Positions 31,817-41,419 of a DNA stretch of 64,000 nucleotides are shown piece by piece; position 1 is the stretch's first letter; each line of letters opens with the position of its first letter. Position numbers and translations under genes: made by a program. The notes under the pieces were generated by a model. It was given only the letters and a program-made list of their open reading frames with translations, ran no database searches and was not told where the DNA came from. The stretch covers positions 5,631 to 69,630 of the forward strand of contig JAJXYN010000009.1 of assembly GCA_021780535.1 (NCBI GenBank). The letters are read 5' to 3'. The stretch is from a bacterium. GTDB lineage: Bacteria; Patescibacteriota; Patescibacteriia; JAGPKW01.

Positions 31817-31980
31817 AACGGTTAATAATTATAAATTAAGCTTTGATTTATGACTTGCTGAAATAATCATAAATTCAATAATACTGTTTTCTTCCTGGTG
31901 ATTTTCAATTATTTTATCATCAAAAATCTTTAAAATCAATTTATTTTTGATATTTTACTAAAAAATGGTAAAATATTGAT

Positions 31981-32307
31981 ATGAAAAAAATATTTTTATT
32001 TATTACAACTTTACTTTTTTTGCCACTCACAACCAATGCTGTTGTTAATGATTATAATCTTAGTTCTGAAATCGGTGGTTTTTCTGGCCTTAACTTCAAT
32101 TCTCCCATTATGATTATTGTAAACATAGTAGCGGCAATTATTATGATTTTTTCTATAATAAATTTAATGGTTGGATATACTAGATGGCGTTATTTAGCTT
32201 CTGGCAATGTTGAAGAAATGAAAAAAGCAAAAAAAACATTAACTGATTCTATTACTGGTTTTGCAATATTAATAATAGTATTATTAATAGACATTCTTAT
32301 AAAATAA
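31981..32307 (+). CDS. TrbC/VirB2-like pilin
   Basis: Signal peptide, two TM helices around ASGNVEEMKKAKKTL. Confidence 0.7.
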   Translation: MKKIFLFITTLLFLPLTTNAVVNDYNLSSEIGGFSGLNFNSPIMIIVNIVAAIIMIFSIINLMVGYTRWRYLASGNVEEMKKAKKTLTDSITGFAILIIVLLIDILIK

Positions 32308-32387
32308 TATAATAACATATTATTGACTTTTTGTAAAAAATAATGTATAGTACAAAAAATTTATACATTATTTTTATTTATAAAGAT

Positions 32388-32633
32388 ATGGTTACAAAAA
32401 ATCAAATGGACTTTGTAAGACACTTTTTTGGAATATTTTTATTATTTATTGGATTAATAGGCATAATATTACCTATAATGCCTGGTTTAATTTTCTTAGG
32501 CATAGGACTTACTCTTCTTGAAGATATAATATTCTTTAAAAATTTGAAAAATAAAATAGAATACAATATTAAATCTGCACTTCCTATATCATTTAAAGAT
32601 ATTAGGAGACAAAAAAAAGAAATTCTTACATAA
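32388..32633 (+). CDS. Small membrane protein (PGPGW/DUF454-like)
   Basis: GLIGIILPIMPGLIFLGIGL. Start at 32388 preferred because a TTGACT-17-TATAGT promoter overlaps 32343. Confidence 0.65.
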   Translation: MVTKNQMDFVRHFFGIFLLFIGLIGIILPIMPGLIFLGIGLTLLEDIIFFKNLKNKIEYNIKSALPISFKDIRRQKKEILT

Positions 32634-32670
32634 AAAATATCAGACGCTTTACAGTGCCTGATATTTTTTT

Positions 32671-32808
32671 ATAAAACTTTTAAAATGTTTGACTAAAAAC
32701 CTTAAAGAAAGCGATGTTGCGAGAAAAAGGTTTGTAAAACTCGAACAACATCATTTTGAGAGATCAAAAACTCTTTAAAGCAGTAATCAAACAATTTAAA
32801 AATTTTAT
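32671..32808 (-). ncRNA. Candidate stand-alone structured RNA
   Basis: 25-bp closing stem plus inner stems whose mismatches are mostly G-U on the minus strand; TTGACA-17-TAGTGT promoter at 32829-32857; terminator at 32632-32670. Confidence 0.5.
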
Positions 32809-32902
32809 TTTATTTTTATTGTGATAAAACACTATCACAAGTAGTACTCCTTGTCAATATTGTCAAAAAAAACAACTCAAATTAATGAATTGTTTTTTAT
32901 TA

Positions 32903-33589
32903 TTATTGAATAGAAACTTTTATACCAGGCCCCATTGTTGAATTTATAGAAATTGTTTTCAAGTATGATCTTTTTATAGTTTCTGGTTTAGCGGCTTTTA
33001 TTGCTTCCATTATAGTATTAAAATTTTCAAGCAATTGTTTTTCTGTAAAATCAGATTTACCTATAACTTGATGAACTATACCGGTTTTATCATTTTTAAA
33101 AGCAACCTTACCTGCCTTTTGTTCTAATACTGCCTTCGCAACATCTGTTGTTACTGTACCAACTTTTGGATTTGGCATAAGCCCTTTTGGTCCAAGTATT
33201 CTAGCTAATTTAGACAATTTAACCATCATAGATGGTGTTGCTATAGCTACATCAAAATTTATCGTTCCAGATTTTGCTATATCATCTATCAAATCTTCAG
33301 CTCCAATAAAATCTGCTCCTGCTTTTTTAGCTGCATCTGCATCATTTCCTTCTGCAAATACTGCAACTTTTTTAGTTTTACCTGTACCATGTGGTAATAC
33401 CACAGATCCTCTAATTTGTTCATCTGTTTTTTTCAAATTCATATTTAATCTAATATGAACTTCTATTGAAGGAGTAAATTTTGCTTTTGATGCTTTTTTT
33501 ACTAATTCCATAGCTTCTTCTGGTGTATAGATTTTGTTCTTATCAACCATTTTTGCTAATTCGTTGTATCTTACTGATCTTTTTTCCAT
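32903..33589 (-). CDS. rplA: 50S ribosomal protein uL1
   Basis: RGSVVLPHGTGK, LGPKGLMPNPKVGTV, STMGPG. Confidence 0.98.
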   Translation of the reverse strand: MEKRSVRYNELAKMVDKNKIYTPEEAMELVKKASKAKFTPSIEVHIRLNMNLKKTDEQIRGSVVLPHGTGKTKKVAVFAEGNDADAAKKAGADFIGAEDLIDDIAKSGTINFDVAIATPSMMVKLSKLARILGPKGLMPNPKVGTVTTDVAKAVLEQKAGKVAFKNDKTGIVHQVIGKSDFTEKQLLENFNTIMEAIKAAKPETIKRSYLKTISINSTMGPGIKVSIQ

Positions 33590-33595
33590 ATTATT

Positions 33596-33628
33596 TATAT
33601 TACGATTATTTTATTATTAATCTCCCTC
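33596..33628 (-). promoter_or_regulatory. Putative L1-binding leader upstream of rplA
   Basis: GGGAG-AUUA...UAAUC-GUAAUA resembles the GGAG-stem-GUUAUUA L1 target. Confidence 0.45.
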
Positions 33629-33679
33629 TATTTAGTTTAGCTAGTTGAGTTAGTTAAATTGAGGTAATTTTTATTATTA

Positions 33680-34198
33680 TTATATTTCATTATAATCCTT
33701 ACTTCTTCTTATATCTCTAACAATTATAAACCAATGTATAAGATATATTGGGAAACCCACTATTATCATAGACAAAGCGTTTGCCATATCTCTATCTCTA
33801 TTTTCTTTTACGTAATCTCTTTTTGATTCTACTTCTTGTCTTTGCTTTTCAGAATCGCTATAAGCTTTGTAATCACTTAGCCATGTTCCCAATGTTTGCA
33901 ATTGGTCATCTGTTAGTTGCTTATTTTCTGGTGTTGCTGTTTCTTCTTTTGTTTTTAATTTTTCAATTGTGGTCTTTGTATTATTTACATCAGTATTTAT
34001 CGTTGATGCAAATTTAGGATCCATCGCAGTTGGTTGTGCTATATAATAATTATTATAATTATAGTCAGCGCTTTTAAAGACATATGTTTTTAAAAGATTA
34101 TTTACTATAATGACACCACCAACTATTGTTAAAACTAAACCAACTAGAGCAAATAGATATAAATACACTGTTCTAATTACGTTTTTTGTTGTAGACAT
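33680..34198 (-). CDS. Membrane protein (DUF5671-like) inserted between rplK and rplA
   Basis: RTVYLYLFALVGL and ALSMIIVGFPIYLIHW TM segments. Confidence 0.7.
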   Translation of the reverse strand: MSTTKNVIRTVYLYLFALVGLVLTIVGGVIIVNNLLKTYVFKSADYNYNNYYIAQPTAMDPKFASTINTDVNNTKTTIEKLKTKEETATPENKQLTDDQLQTLGTWLSDYKAYSDSEKQRQEVESKRDYVKENRDRDMANALSMIIVGFPIYLIHWFIIVRDIRRSKDYNEI

Positions 34199-34231
34199 TT
34201 TGTAAAGTTAGTTATTAAAATAAAAAACTTA

Positions 34232-34642
34232 TTAGTCAACTATTTCAACCCCCATCTGTCTTGCTGTACCAGAAACTATTTTCATAGCTTGTTCAACATT
34301 TTCTGTATTTAGATCTGGCATTTTTATCTCAGCAATTGTTTTAAGATCTGCTTTTGATAAATTACCTACTTTTTTGAGTAAAGCGCTGCCTGATCCTTTT
34401 TGAATTTTTGCGTATTTCTTAATAAGTTCTGATGCTGGAGGAGTGTGGAATACTAATGTATACGTCTTATCATCTGCCACTATTATCTCAACAGGGATAA
34501 TTCCTTCTTTTCCATTTGTAGCAGCGTTGAATTTTAAACAAAATTCTTGGATATTTAATCCTGCTTGACCTAACGCTGGTCCAACTGGAGGAGCTGGGTT
34601 AGCTTTTCCGGCCATTATTTGTAATTTTATTACTTTTGCCAT
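34232..34642 (-). CDS. rplK: 50S ribosomal protein uL11
   Basis: AGKANPAPPVGPALGQ, GTARQMG. Confidence 0.98.
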   Translation of the reverse strand: MAKVIKLQIMAGKANPAPPVGPALGQAGLNIQEFCLKFNAATNGKEGIIPVEIIVADDKTYTLVFHTPPASELIKKYAKIQKGSGSALLKKVGNLSKADLKTIAEIKMPDLNTENVEQAMKIVSGTARQMGVEIVD

Positions 34643-34657
34643 ATTTAAATTTTAAAT

Positions 34658-34692
34658 TTATTAGTAGCGCAAATTATTAATTTGCTCACAAA
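34658..34692 (-). promoter_or_regulatory. Putative L1-binding leader upstream of rplK
   Basis: GUGAGCAAAU-loop-AUUUGCGCUACUA, similar to the E. coli rplK L1 target layout. Confidence 0.55.
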
Positions 34693-34978
34693 ATTAAAAT
34701 CTACAAATTAAAGTTATTAATTATTTAACTTTAATAGAAGCTGTAAAAATTAATATAAGTATTTTAGGTTATTTTAAGGAAAAAATCAAGAGTACCTGGT
34801 GTAAAATTATGAAATGCTTATCTTACGTTCCGAGTTATTTTTTCATCTTACATTTTTTAAAGGTTTTTCATTATCATTCAAAACCTTAAAAATGAAGCAT
34901 AAAAAAACACAATTTATGTATTATAAAAATAAACTATAAATAAAAAATCCTGAATATTTCATCAGAATTTTTTAATAT

Positions 34979-35524
34979 TTAATCTAATTTTTTAACTTGT
35001 AATAAGTCTAGCTCTACTGGAGTCTCTCTTCCAAAAATAGAAACCAAAACTTTTATCTTTCCCTTTTCTGTATCTATACTACTTACATTTCCTTCAAAAT
35101 CTTTAAATGGTCCGTCTGATATCTTAACTAATTCTCCAACTTCAACATTAACAACATATTTTGGTACTTCAACACCCATTTTCTTCATTAATGTATCTAT
35201 TTCTTCTTTTGAAACTGGGGTAGGAGTAACCCCTGAACCTATAAAACCTGTTACGTTTGGAGTGTTTCTAACCACGTACCAAGATTCATCTGTTAATTCC
35301 ATTTCTACAAATACATATCCTGGAAATATTTTCTCAACAACAACATTTCTTTTTCCGGATTTGATTTTTATTTTCTTTTCTGTTGGAATTAAAACTGAAA
35401 AAATCTTATCTTCCATATCCATTGATTCTATTCTTTGTTCTAGACTTTTTTTTACATTTTCTTCATACCCTGAATATGTATGAATAACATACCAACTTCT
35501 TCCTTCCCCTTTTTGTTTAGACAT
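34979..35524 (-). CDS. nusG: Transcription termination/antitermination factor NusG
   Basis: WYVIHTYSGYE, FPGYVFV, KOW motif, FGRETPVEL. Confidence 0.98.
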   Translation of the reverse strand: MSKQKGEGRSWYVIHTYSGYEENVKKSLEQRIESMDMEDKIFSVLIPTEKKIKIKSGKRNVVVEKIFPGYVFVEMELTDESWYVVRNTPNVTGFIGSGVTPTPVSKEEIDTLMKKMGVEVPKYVVNVEVGELVKISDGPFKDFEGNVSSIDTEKGKIKVLVSIFGRETPVELDLLQVKKLD

Positions 35525-35589
35525 AAAATATTATTATTATTTAGGTGTTACACGATGCAACACTTACAATTTAATTAATTATTTATAAT

Positions 35590-35802
35590 TTATTTTAATG
35601 AAATCATCCATTCTACTAAATGTGTTAAACCAAAATCTAATGATCCTAAAAAGATAGCCATAAATATACATATTAATATAACTAATATTGTATGATTAAC
35701 TGCTTCGTCTCTAGTTGGCCACTTTACTTTTTTTAATTCTTCTATTGCTGAACTAAAATATGTAGATATTTTATTTTGTTTTTTATTTACATCTTCTGCC
35801 AT
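35590..35802 (-). CDS. secE: Preprotein translocase subunit SecE
   Basis: ELKKVKWPTRDE plus TM helix; upstream of nusG. Confidence 0.96.
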   Translation of the reverse strand: MAEDVNKKQNKISTYFSSAIEELKKVKWPTRDEAVNHTILVILICIFMAIFLGSLDFGLTHLVEWMISLK

Positions 35803-35920
35803 TTTGTTCTTTTTATTCTATCTTAAAAAGACCATTTATAGGTCCTTCTAAGATAATAACATTTTATAAATAAAAAATCAAGAAATTTAAAAACAGGTTT
35901 TAACCTGTTTTTAAGAGTTA

Positions 35921-36370
35921 CTAATTGATACCATCTTGAGTTGCTGTATGAGCACCTGAAGTGTAAGATCCTGTTGAGTCTTCCAAAGAAAAACCTATAT
36001 TGAAAGTTGTAGCTGTTCCTGTGTAAGAATAATTAGAACCATTTGGTAATGGATTAGCAGGAACTATACCCATATAAATTTTTCCACAGCCCGTTGTTGT
36101 ATCTTGGAAACCGGCAGCAGTATCACACAAAACCTTATGAGTAGCATCTCCTAATGTTATAGCAGTAGTTGCAACTGGGTAAGCATTTTTATCATTAAAA
36201 TATAATTCTAATGCTGTTTGGAGTTGTCTTATATCTCCAACTCTTTTTGCATCTCTACCTTTTTGTCTAGCGCCATTTAAGGCTACAATAGATATAGTTG
36301 CCAACAAACCTATAATTGCAATAACTATTAATAATTCTATTATCGTGAAACCCTTCTTATCTTGTAACAT
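35921..36370 (-). CDS. Type IV pilin / GspG-like prepilin
   Basis: Class III signal KKGFTIIELLIVIAIIG; RDAKRVGD...ALELY. Confidence 0.92.
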   Translation of the reverse strand: MLQDKKGFTIIELLIVIAIIGLLATISIVALNGARQKGRDAKRVGDIRQLQTALELYFNDKNAYPVATTAITLGDATHKVLCDTAAGFQDTTTGCGKIYMGIVPANPLPNGSNYSYTGTATTFNIGFSLEDSTGSYTSGAHTATQDGIN

Positions 36371-36449
36371 TTTATGTTAATTAAAATTTAATTAAATCTT
36401 TATCTATATATTTTACATCAAAATATAAAAGCACACAAATTTTAAAAGA

Positions 36450-36917
36450 CTACTTTTCAACAGATAACCCTGCAACACTCAACTTAAAAGTACAACCTTT
36501 TTTATTTTCATTTTTTGTATGAATACAACCTAGCTCTGCACTATCATAATTCGTAGTAAATCTAATAGAATAATCTAACCCACTTGAATTTTTTTCATAT
36601 ACAAAGTCATTACCATATTGTTTAAACAATAAAATGTTTTTATCACAATTATTACTATTATTTTGAAATGAATAATTACATAAATATAATCCGTTTAGCA
36701 TAATATCATTGTTTGATTTTGGATACTCTCCATATTGAAGATGATATTTACTTAAAATTGATCTTATATCTGATGTTTCTGACAATAAAACCAATCCTTT
36801 TGTTTGTATATCATTTTTATTGAAAGATATTACCGAAAGATAAATATAAAAAAATAAGACTATGGCAATTGTAATAATGATAAATATTTTAAATAATTTT
36901 TTGTTTTTTAATTTCAT
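36450..36917 (-). CDS. Pilin-like membrane-anchored protein
   Basis: N-terminal TM helix, LSKYHLQYGEYP, cysteine pairs; no GFTLIE motif. Confidence 0.55.
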   Translation of the reverse strand: MKLKNKKLFKIFIIITIAIVLFFYIYLSVISFNKNDIQTKGLVLLSETSDIRSILSKYHLQYGEYPKSNNDIMLNGLYLCNYSFQNNSNNCDKNILLFKQYGNDFVYEKNSSGLDYSIRFTTNYDSAELGCIHTKNENKKGCTFKLSVAGLSVEK

Positions 36918-36926
36918 ATTTTAATT

Positions 36927-38015
36927 TTATATTTGACTTGATAAAGAATACATAGGAAGAAGAACGGCTGCCACTATTAATGCAACTACTATACCAAGAA
37001 AGACCATTATTACTGGTTCTATAAGACTTGATATAGAATCTGTAATATTTTTTAATTCTCTTATATAAAAACTTGATATTTTTTCTAAGACGTAGTCTAA
37101 TTTTCCAGTTTTTTCACCTATTGAAATCATCCCTGTAAACATTATAGGAATTTCTTTATATTCTGCAAATGATGAAGATATTTTGTCTCCATTTTTTATT
37201 TTTTCAGTTGCTTCCCTTATTATATCTTCATAAACTTTATTACCAACTATTTCTGCTGTTATATTTAAACAATCAATAAGCGGAACACTACTTCTTATTA
37301 ATACATATAAATTTTTTGACATTCTTGCAATATATATTTTTTGAAATACCTTCCCAAATATTGGAATTTTTAATAATAAAGAATGAAAAAACTTTTTACC
37401 TTTATCTGTATTATAGTATTTTATACATAAAAAAGATATTAAAGCCGTCCCCAATATTATAAGTATTGTATTATCAACAAAAAATTTAGATACTGATAAT
37501 AATATTCTGGTTACAAGTGGTAATTGACCACCAGTTTCTGATAAAACTTCTGTCATTTTTGGTATTACATACGTAACTATAATACCAACAACCCCTACCA
37601 TCGTTATTAATATAAATATTGGATATGTCAGAGCGCTTTTTAATTTATTTAATGTATCATAATTATTTTCTAACTCCTCTGCTAAAAAATTTAAAGACTC
37701 ATCTAAATTTCCAGTCACTTCTCCTGGTTTTAATATATTAATATAATATTTATTAAAAACTTTTGGATGAAATGCCATTGCTTCTGACAATTTATAACCA
37801 TTTTCTATTTTATTCAATAGATCTTCTATAATGTTTTTTAATTTACTATCTCCTTGATTTAAAAGTATTTTAAAAATATCTGCTATTTGAACATTTGCAG
37901 AAAACATAATAGCAAGCTGTCTGAAAAATACTGTTAAATCTTTTATCTTTATTTTTTCTGAAAAGATATCACCAATATTAAAATCTTTATTTAAAAAATC
38001 TTTTATTTTATTCAT
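36927..38015 (-). CDS. pilC: Type IV pilus platform protein PilC/GspF
   Basis: FFRQLAIM, GEVTGNL, ALTYP, GEKTGKLD, IEP. Confidence 0.93.
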   Translation of the reverse strand: MNKIKDFLNKDFNIGDIFSEKIKIKDLTVFFRQLAIMFSANVQIADIFKILLNQGDSKLKNIIEDLLNKIENGYKLSEAMAFHPKVFNKYYINILKPGEVTGNLDESLNFLAEELENNYDTLNKLKSALTYPIFILITMVGVVGIIVTYVIPKMTEVLSETGGQLPLVTRILLSVSKFFVDNTILIILGTALISFLCIKYYNTDKGKKFFHSLLLKIPIFGKVFQKIYIARMSKNLYVLIRSSVPLIDCLNITAEIVGNKVYEDIIREATEKIKNGDKISSSFAEYKEIPIMFTGMISIGEKTGKLDYVLEKISSFYIRELKNITDSISSLIEPVIMVFLGIVVALIVAAVLLPMYSLSSQI

Positions 38016-39729
38016 CTATACTATTAAAACAATCTTCTAAAGTTATTAATCCTTTTAATGATTTAATAATCCCATCATCCATCATAGATATAAAACCTTG
38101 TTTATTTAATTCCGTTTCAATATTTTTTACTGGCTTATTCGCTTCCACCATTTTTTCAATATCATCTGTTATTTTTATTGCTTCTACTATTGCTATTCTA
38201 CCTTTATGACCAGTATTAGAACAATGAGCACAACCCTTACCTTTATAAAATTTTAAACTATTAATATTAATTTTATTTTTCTTCAAGATATCTGGATTAA
38301 CTTTTTTTAATCTATTAGAAATATCATCAACTATTTTTTGATCCATTATTAATTCTGTTTTACATTGATCACAAATCTTTCTAACTAATCTTTGAGATAT
38401 TATCAAATTAAGAGAAGATGCTAACAAAAATGGTTCTACTTTCATATCAAAAAGACGAGGTATGGCACCTATTGCACTGTTTGTATGCAAAGTTGTTAAA
38501 ACTAAATGCCCGGTTAAACTAGCATGTACACAAAGTTCTGCTGTTTCATTATCTCTAATTTCTCCAACCATAATAACGTCTGGATCTTGTCTTAAAAAAG
38601 ATCTAATACCACTTGCAAAAGTGTAACCTATTTCTGGTCTAACTTGGGAATGGTTAACTCCTTGTATCATATATTCTACTGGATCTTCTAATGTGACAAT
38701 ATTAACATTATCTTTATTTAAAATAGAAAGTATTGAAAATAGTGTAGTAGATTTACCCGAACCGGTTGGCCCACAAATTATTATCATACCAGAATTTGAT
38801 TTTAACTCTGTTTTTATAACTTCTAAATTTCTAGAATCTATACCCAGATCTTCAAAAGTAGGAGCTTTTTTTGACGTGTCTAAAATACGCATAACTATTT
38901 TTTCTCCGTCTGATATTGGAATTATTGAAATACGAAAATCATAAAAATGACCATCAACATTTAATCTTACTCTCCCATCTTGAGGAATTCTATTTTCATC
39001 TATTTTTAATCCAGCTACAACTTTTATTCTTGTAACAATAGAATTATGTGTATATTTTGGGAGCCTTACTGATGTATATAATTCTCCATCTACTCTATAT
39101 CTAATTCTAACATCTTCTCTGGTTGGCTCTATGTGTATATCTGAAGCACCTTCTTCAATAGCATGTTTAATGACAGTTGAAACCATTTTTGAAACTGGCG
39201 AATTTGCTATATTATCTGAAGATAAATTCAAACTATCCTCTATAAAATTTTCTTCTATTTTTATATTTACATTATCTATTGCTTTTGCAACTTCTGAATC
39301 AATATTAGAATATTGCTTTAAAGCATACTCAATACTGGCTATTGTTGTAACAAAATATGTTATAGAATATTGAGATTTTCTTATAATATATTCTACTGCT
39401 TCTTTTGCACTATAATTCAATGGATCAACCATTGCCATGCTAATATTTTCTCCATCTTTGTTAAAAACTATAACCTTATAATTATCTGCTAATTCTTTTG
39501 TAACAATATTTAAAACATCTTTTTTAATTTCTTTTCCAAATAAACTAATATTTGGCAAATTGAATAATTTTGATTTTATTTCTAAAAGAGAACTATCTTG
39601 TAATATTCTTCTACTTAATAAAATACTCTCAATCAATTCACCTGTTTTTTTTGATTGATCTTCTATTTCTAAAGCTTCTGCTTCAGTGATTAAATTATTT
39701 TCAGATAAATAGTTTAAAATTTTATCCAT
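38008..39729 (-). CDS. pilB: Type IV pilus assembly ATPase PilB/GspE
   Basis: ASDIHIEP, GPTGSGKSTTL, TLEDPVEY, RQDPDVIMVGEIRD, TTLHTN, Cys4. Confidence 0.95.
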   Translation of the reverse strand: MDKILNYLSENNLITEAEALEIEDQSKKTGELIESILLSRRILQDSSLLEIKSKLFNLPNISLFGKEIKKDVLNIVTKELADNYKVIVFNKDGENISMAMVDPLNYSAKEAVEYIIRKSQYSITYFVTTIASIEYALKQYSNIDSEVAKAIDNVNIKIEENFIEDSLNLSSDNIANSPVSKMVSTVIKHAIEEGASDIHIEPTREDVRIRYRVDGELYTSVRLPKYTHNSIVTRIKVVAGLKIDENRIPQDGRVRLNVDGHFYDFRISIIPISDGEKIVMRILDTSKKAPTFEDLGIDSRNLEVIKTELKSNSGMIIICGPTGSGKSTTLFSILSILNKDNVNIVTLEDPVEYMIQGVNHSQVRPEIGYTFASGIRSFLRQDPDVIMVGEIRDNETAELCVHASLTGHLVLTTLHTNSAIGAIPRLFDMKVEPFLLASSLNLIISQRLVRKICDQCKTELIMDQKIVDDISNRLKKVNPDILKKNKININSLKFYKGKGCAHCSNTGHKGRIAIVEAIKITDDIEKMVEANKPVKNIETELNKQGFISMMDDGIIKSLKGLITLEDCFNSIDE

Positions 39730-39744
39730 TTGTTTAATTGTTTA

Positions 39745-40050
39745 CTATTTTTGTGCTGTTATTGGTTCTTTATAAAAAATATCTTCTCTACCTTTTTCTA
39801 TTTTTGTACTGAAATTATAATCTTTAAATTTTGAAAATAGATTTGATTTTAATATTTTATCATCTATTCCATAATCTTTGAAATCTTGCTTAGACAATTC
39901 AACTTCTTTTTTTATAAACGAATCTATTTCTAAATCTCTAGATGCTATTTTTATTGTAGATTGTATTGTTGATGATAAATAAAATATTGCTATCAAAAAT
40001 ACTGATAGTATTGAGATTATTATTAATTTTGAATATATTTTTTTCATCAT
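39745..40050 (-). CDS. Small pilus-operon membrane protein (PilP position)
   Basis: One TM helix; ATG overlaps the pilO stop; C-terminal GREDIF. Confidence 0.6.
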   Translation of the reverse strand: MMKKIYSKLIIISILSVFLIAIFYLSSTIQSTIKIASRDLEIDSFIKKEVELSKQDFKDYGIDDKILKSNLFSKFKDYNFSTKIEKGREDIFYKEPITAQK

Positions 40051-40643
40051 ATGTTCTTGTAGTAGCAAGTAATATTGAACGTATATTTATTAAAATCATT
40101 AGTAACGTAAAAATTATTTATATTAAACAATCTTACATTTGATTCTATTTCTGACATAAAATTTTTAAATGTTTTATAATCTTTTCCGTTTTTTACATTT
40201 ACAGAAAAATTTATTTTTTTAAGCTTATTATTTATATTATTACTATCAGTTGAGGTTTCGTCTGTTTTTTCTTCTTCAAAAATTATTTTTTCTATATCAA
40301 CTCCCGTATTTTTTGATATTTGCCCTATTTCATTTATAATACTAGCCATATCTGGGCTATATGGTAGTATTTTTTTTATTTTTTCTAAATTTTTATTATC
40401 AATAAGATTAAAATCGTATTCATACTCTTTTAATTTTTTAAGATGATTTATTTTTAATTCTGAGTATTGATTTTCAAGACTTAGTGCTGTATCTATTTCA
40501 ACTTTCATACTTTCATAATTTGGCATTATTAAATATAAAAAACCTGAAACAAATATTAATGGTAATAAAAGCAATACTATTAAATAAAAATAATTTTTTA
40601 ATATATAATCAATATTTATTTTCTTAAATAATTTATTATTCAT
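40047..40643 (-). CDS. pilO: PilO-like protein
   Basis: TM, coiled coil, ILPYSPD, FKNFMSEIESNVRLFNI; operon position. Confidence 0.8.
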   Translation of the reverse strand: MNNKLFKKINIDYILKNYFYLIVLLLLPLIFVSGFLYLIMPNYESMKVEIDTALSLENQYSELKINHLKKLKEYEYDFNLIDNKNLEKIKKILPYSPDMASIINEIGQISKNTGVDIEKIIFEEEKTDETSTDSNNINNKLKKINFSVNVKNGKDYKTFKNFMSEIESNVRLFNINNFYVTNDFNKYTFNITCYYKNI

Positions 40644-41418
40644 TTTTTAATAAAAAATTACTATCTATTTCTAATAATAACTTAAAATTCACATTATATA
40701 CTGGGTCACTAGATTCTGTTTTATCTGCTTCGTTAATTGATATTTTTTTTACTATATTTGGAAAGCTTTGAAATACAGTAATTTGTTTTGATATGTTTTC
40801 ATAATCATTTGTTTTGAAACTTATTATCAAATTACCGTCAGACTCTGCAAACATATCTTTAACATACACGTCTTTAATAATATTTTTTTCTAAAAAAGAA
40901 GTAAAATTACTCCAATATATATGTTTACTATAAATATTTACTATATCCGCCAAATCGTCGTTAGCCGACTTTATTATTTTTAAATTATTTTTTTCCTCTG
41001 CATAAATATTATCTAAATTTTTATTATTATCTATTAAACTAATTATTTCTGCATTATATGAATTTCTATAAAAAAATAAACCAATAAAACAAAAAATTAT
41101 AGATAAAAATGACAGAGAAGATATTATCAACAACATTATTTTTTTTGTTGTCTGATTTGGTATCGTATCTATTTCTTGTGGTATGAAATTTAAATCTGAT
41201 TCTTTTGTTCTTTTTTGTTTATTATATATTTCATCAAAATTGATTCTATCAGATTCTTTTTTGTTTATTGAAAATTTTTTATATAATTTATCACTTGATA
41301 CTTTCTTTATTTTTTTTATTTTTGTAACTGGCTTTTCAAGGACGCCTAAAATATCAGAATTTTCTTCTGATACTTTTTTTGTTGATTTATTTTTTTTAAC
41401 AACCTTTTTTTGAACCAT
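40636..41418 (-). CDS. pilN: PilN-like protein
   Basis: LNFIP motif, TM, coiled coil, HIYWSNF; follows pilM. Confidence 0.75.
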   Translation of the reverse strand: MVQKKVVKKNKSTKKVSEENSDILGVLEKPVTKIKKIKKVSSDKLYKKFSINKKESDRINFDEIYNKQKRTKESDLNFIPQEIDTIPNQTTKKIMLLIISSLSFLSIIFCFIGLFFYRNSYNAEIISLIDNNKNLDNIYAEEKNNLKIIKSANDDLADIVNIYSKHIYWSNFTSFLEKNIIKDVYVKDMFAESDGNLIISFKTNDYENISKQITVFQSFPNIVKKISINEADKTESSDPVYNVNFKLLLEIDSNFLLKNE

Positions 41419-41419
41419 T

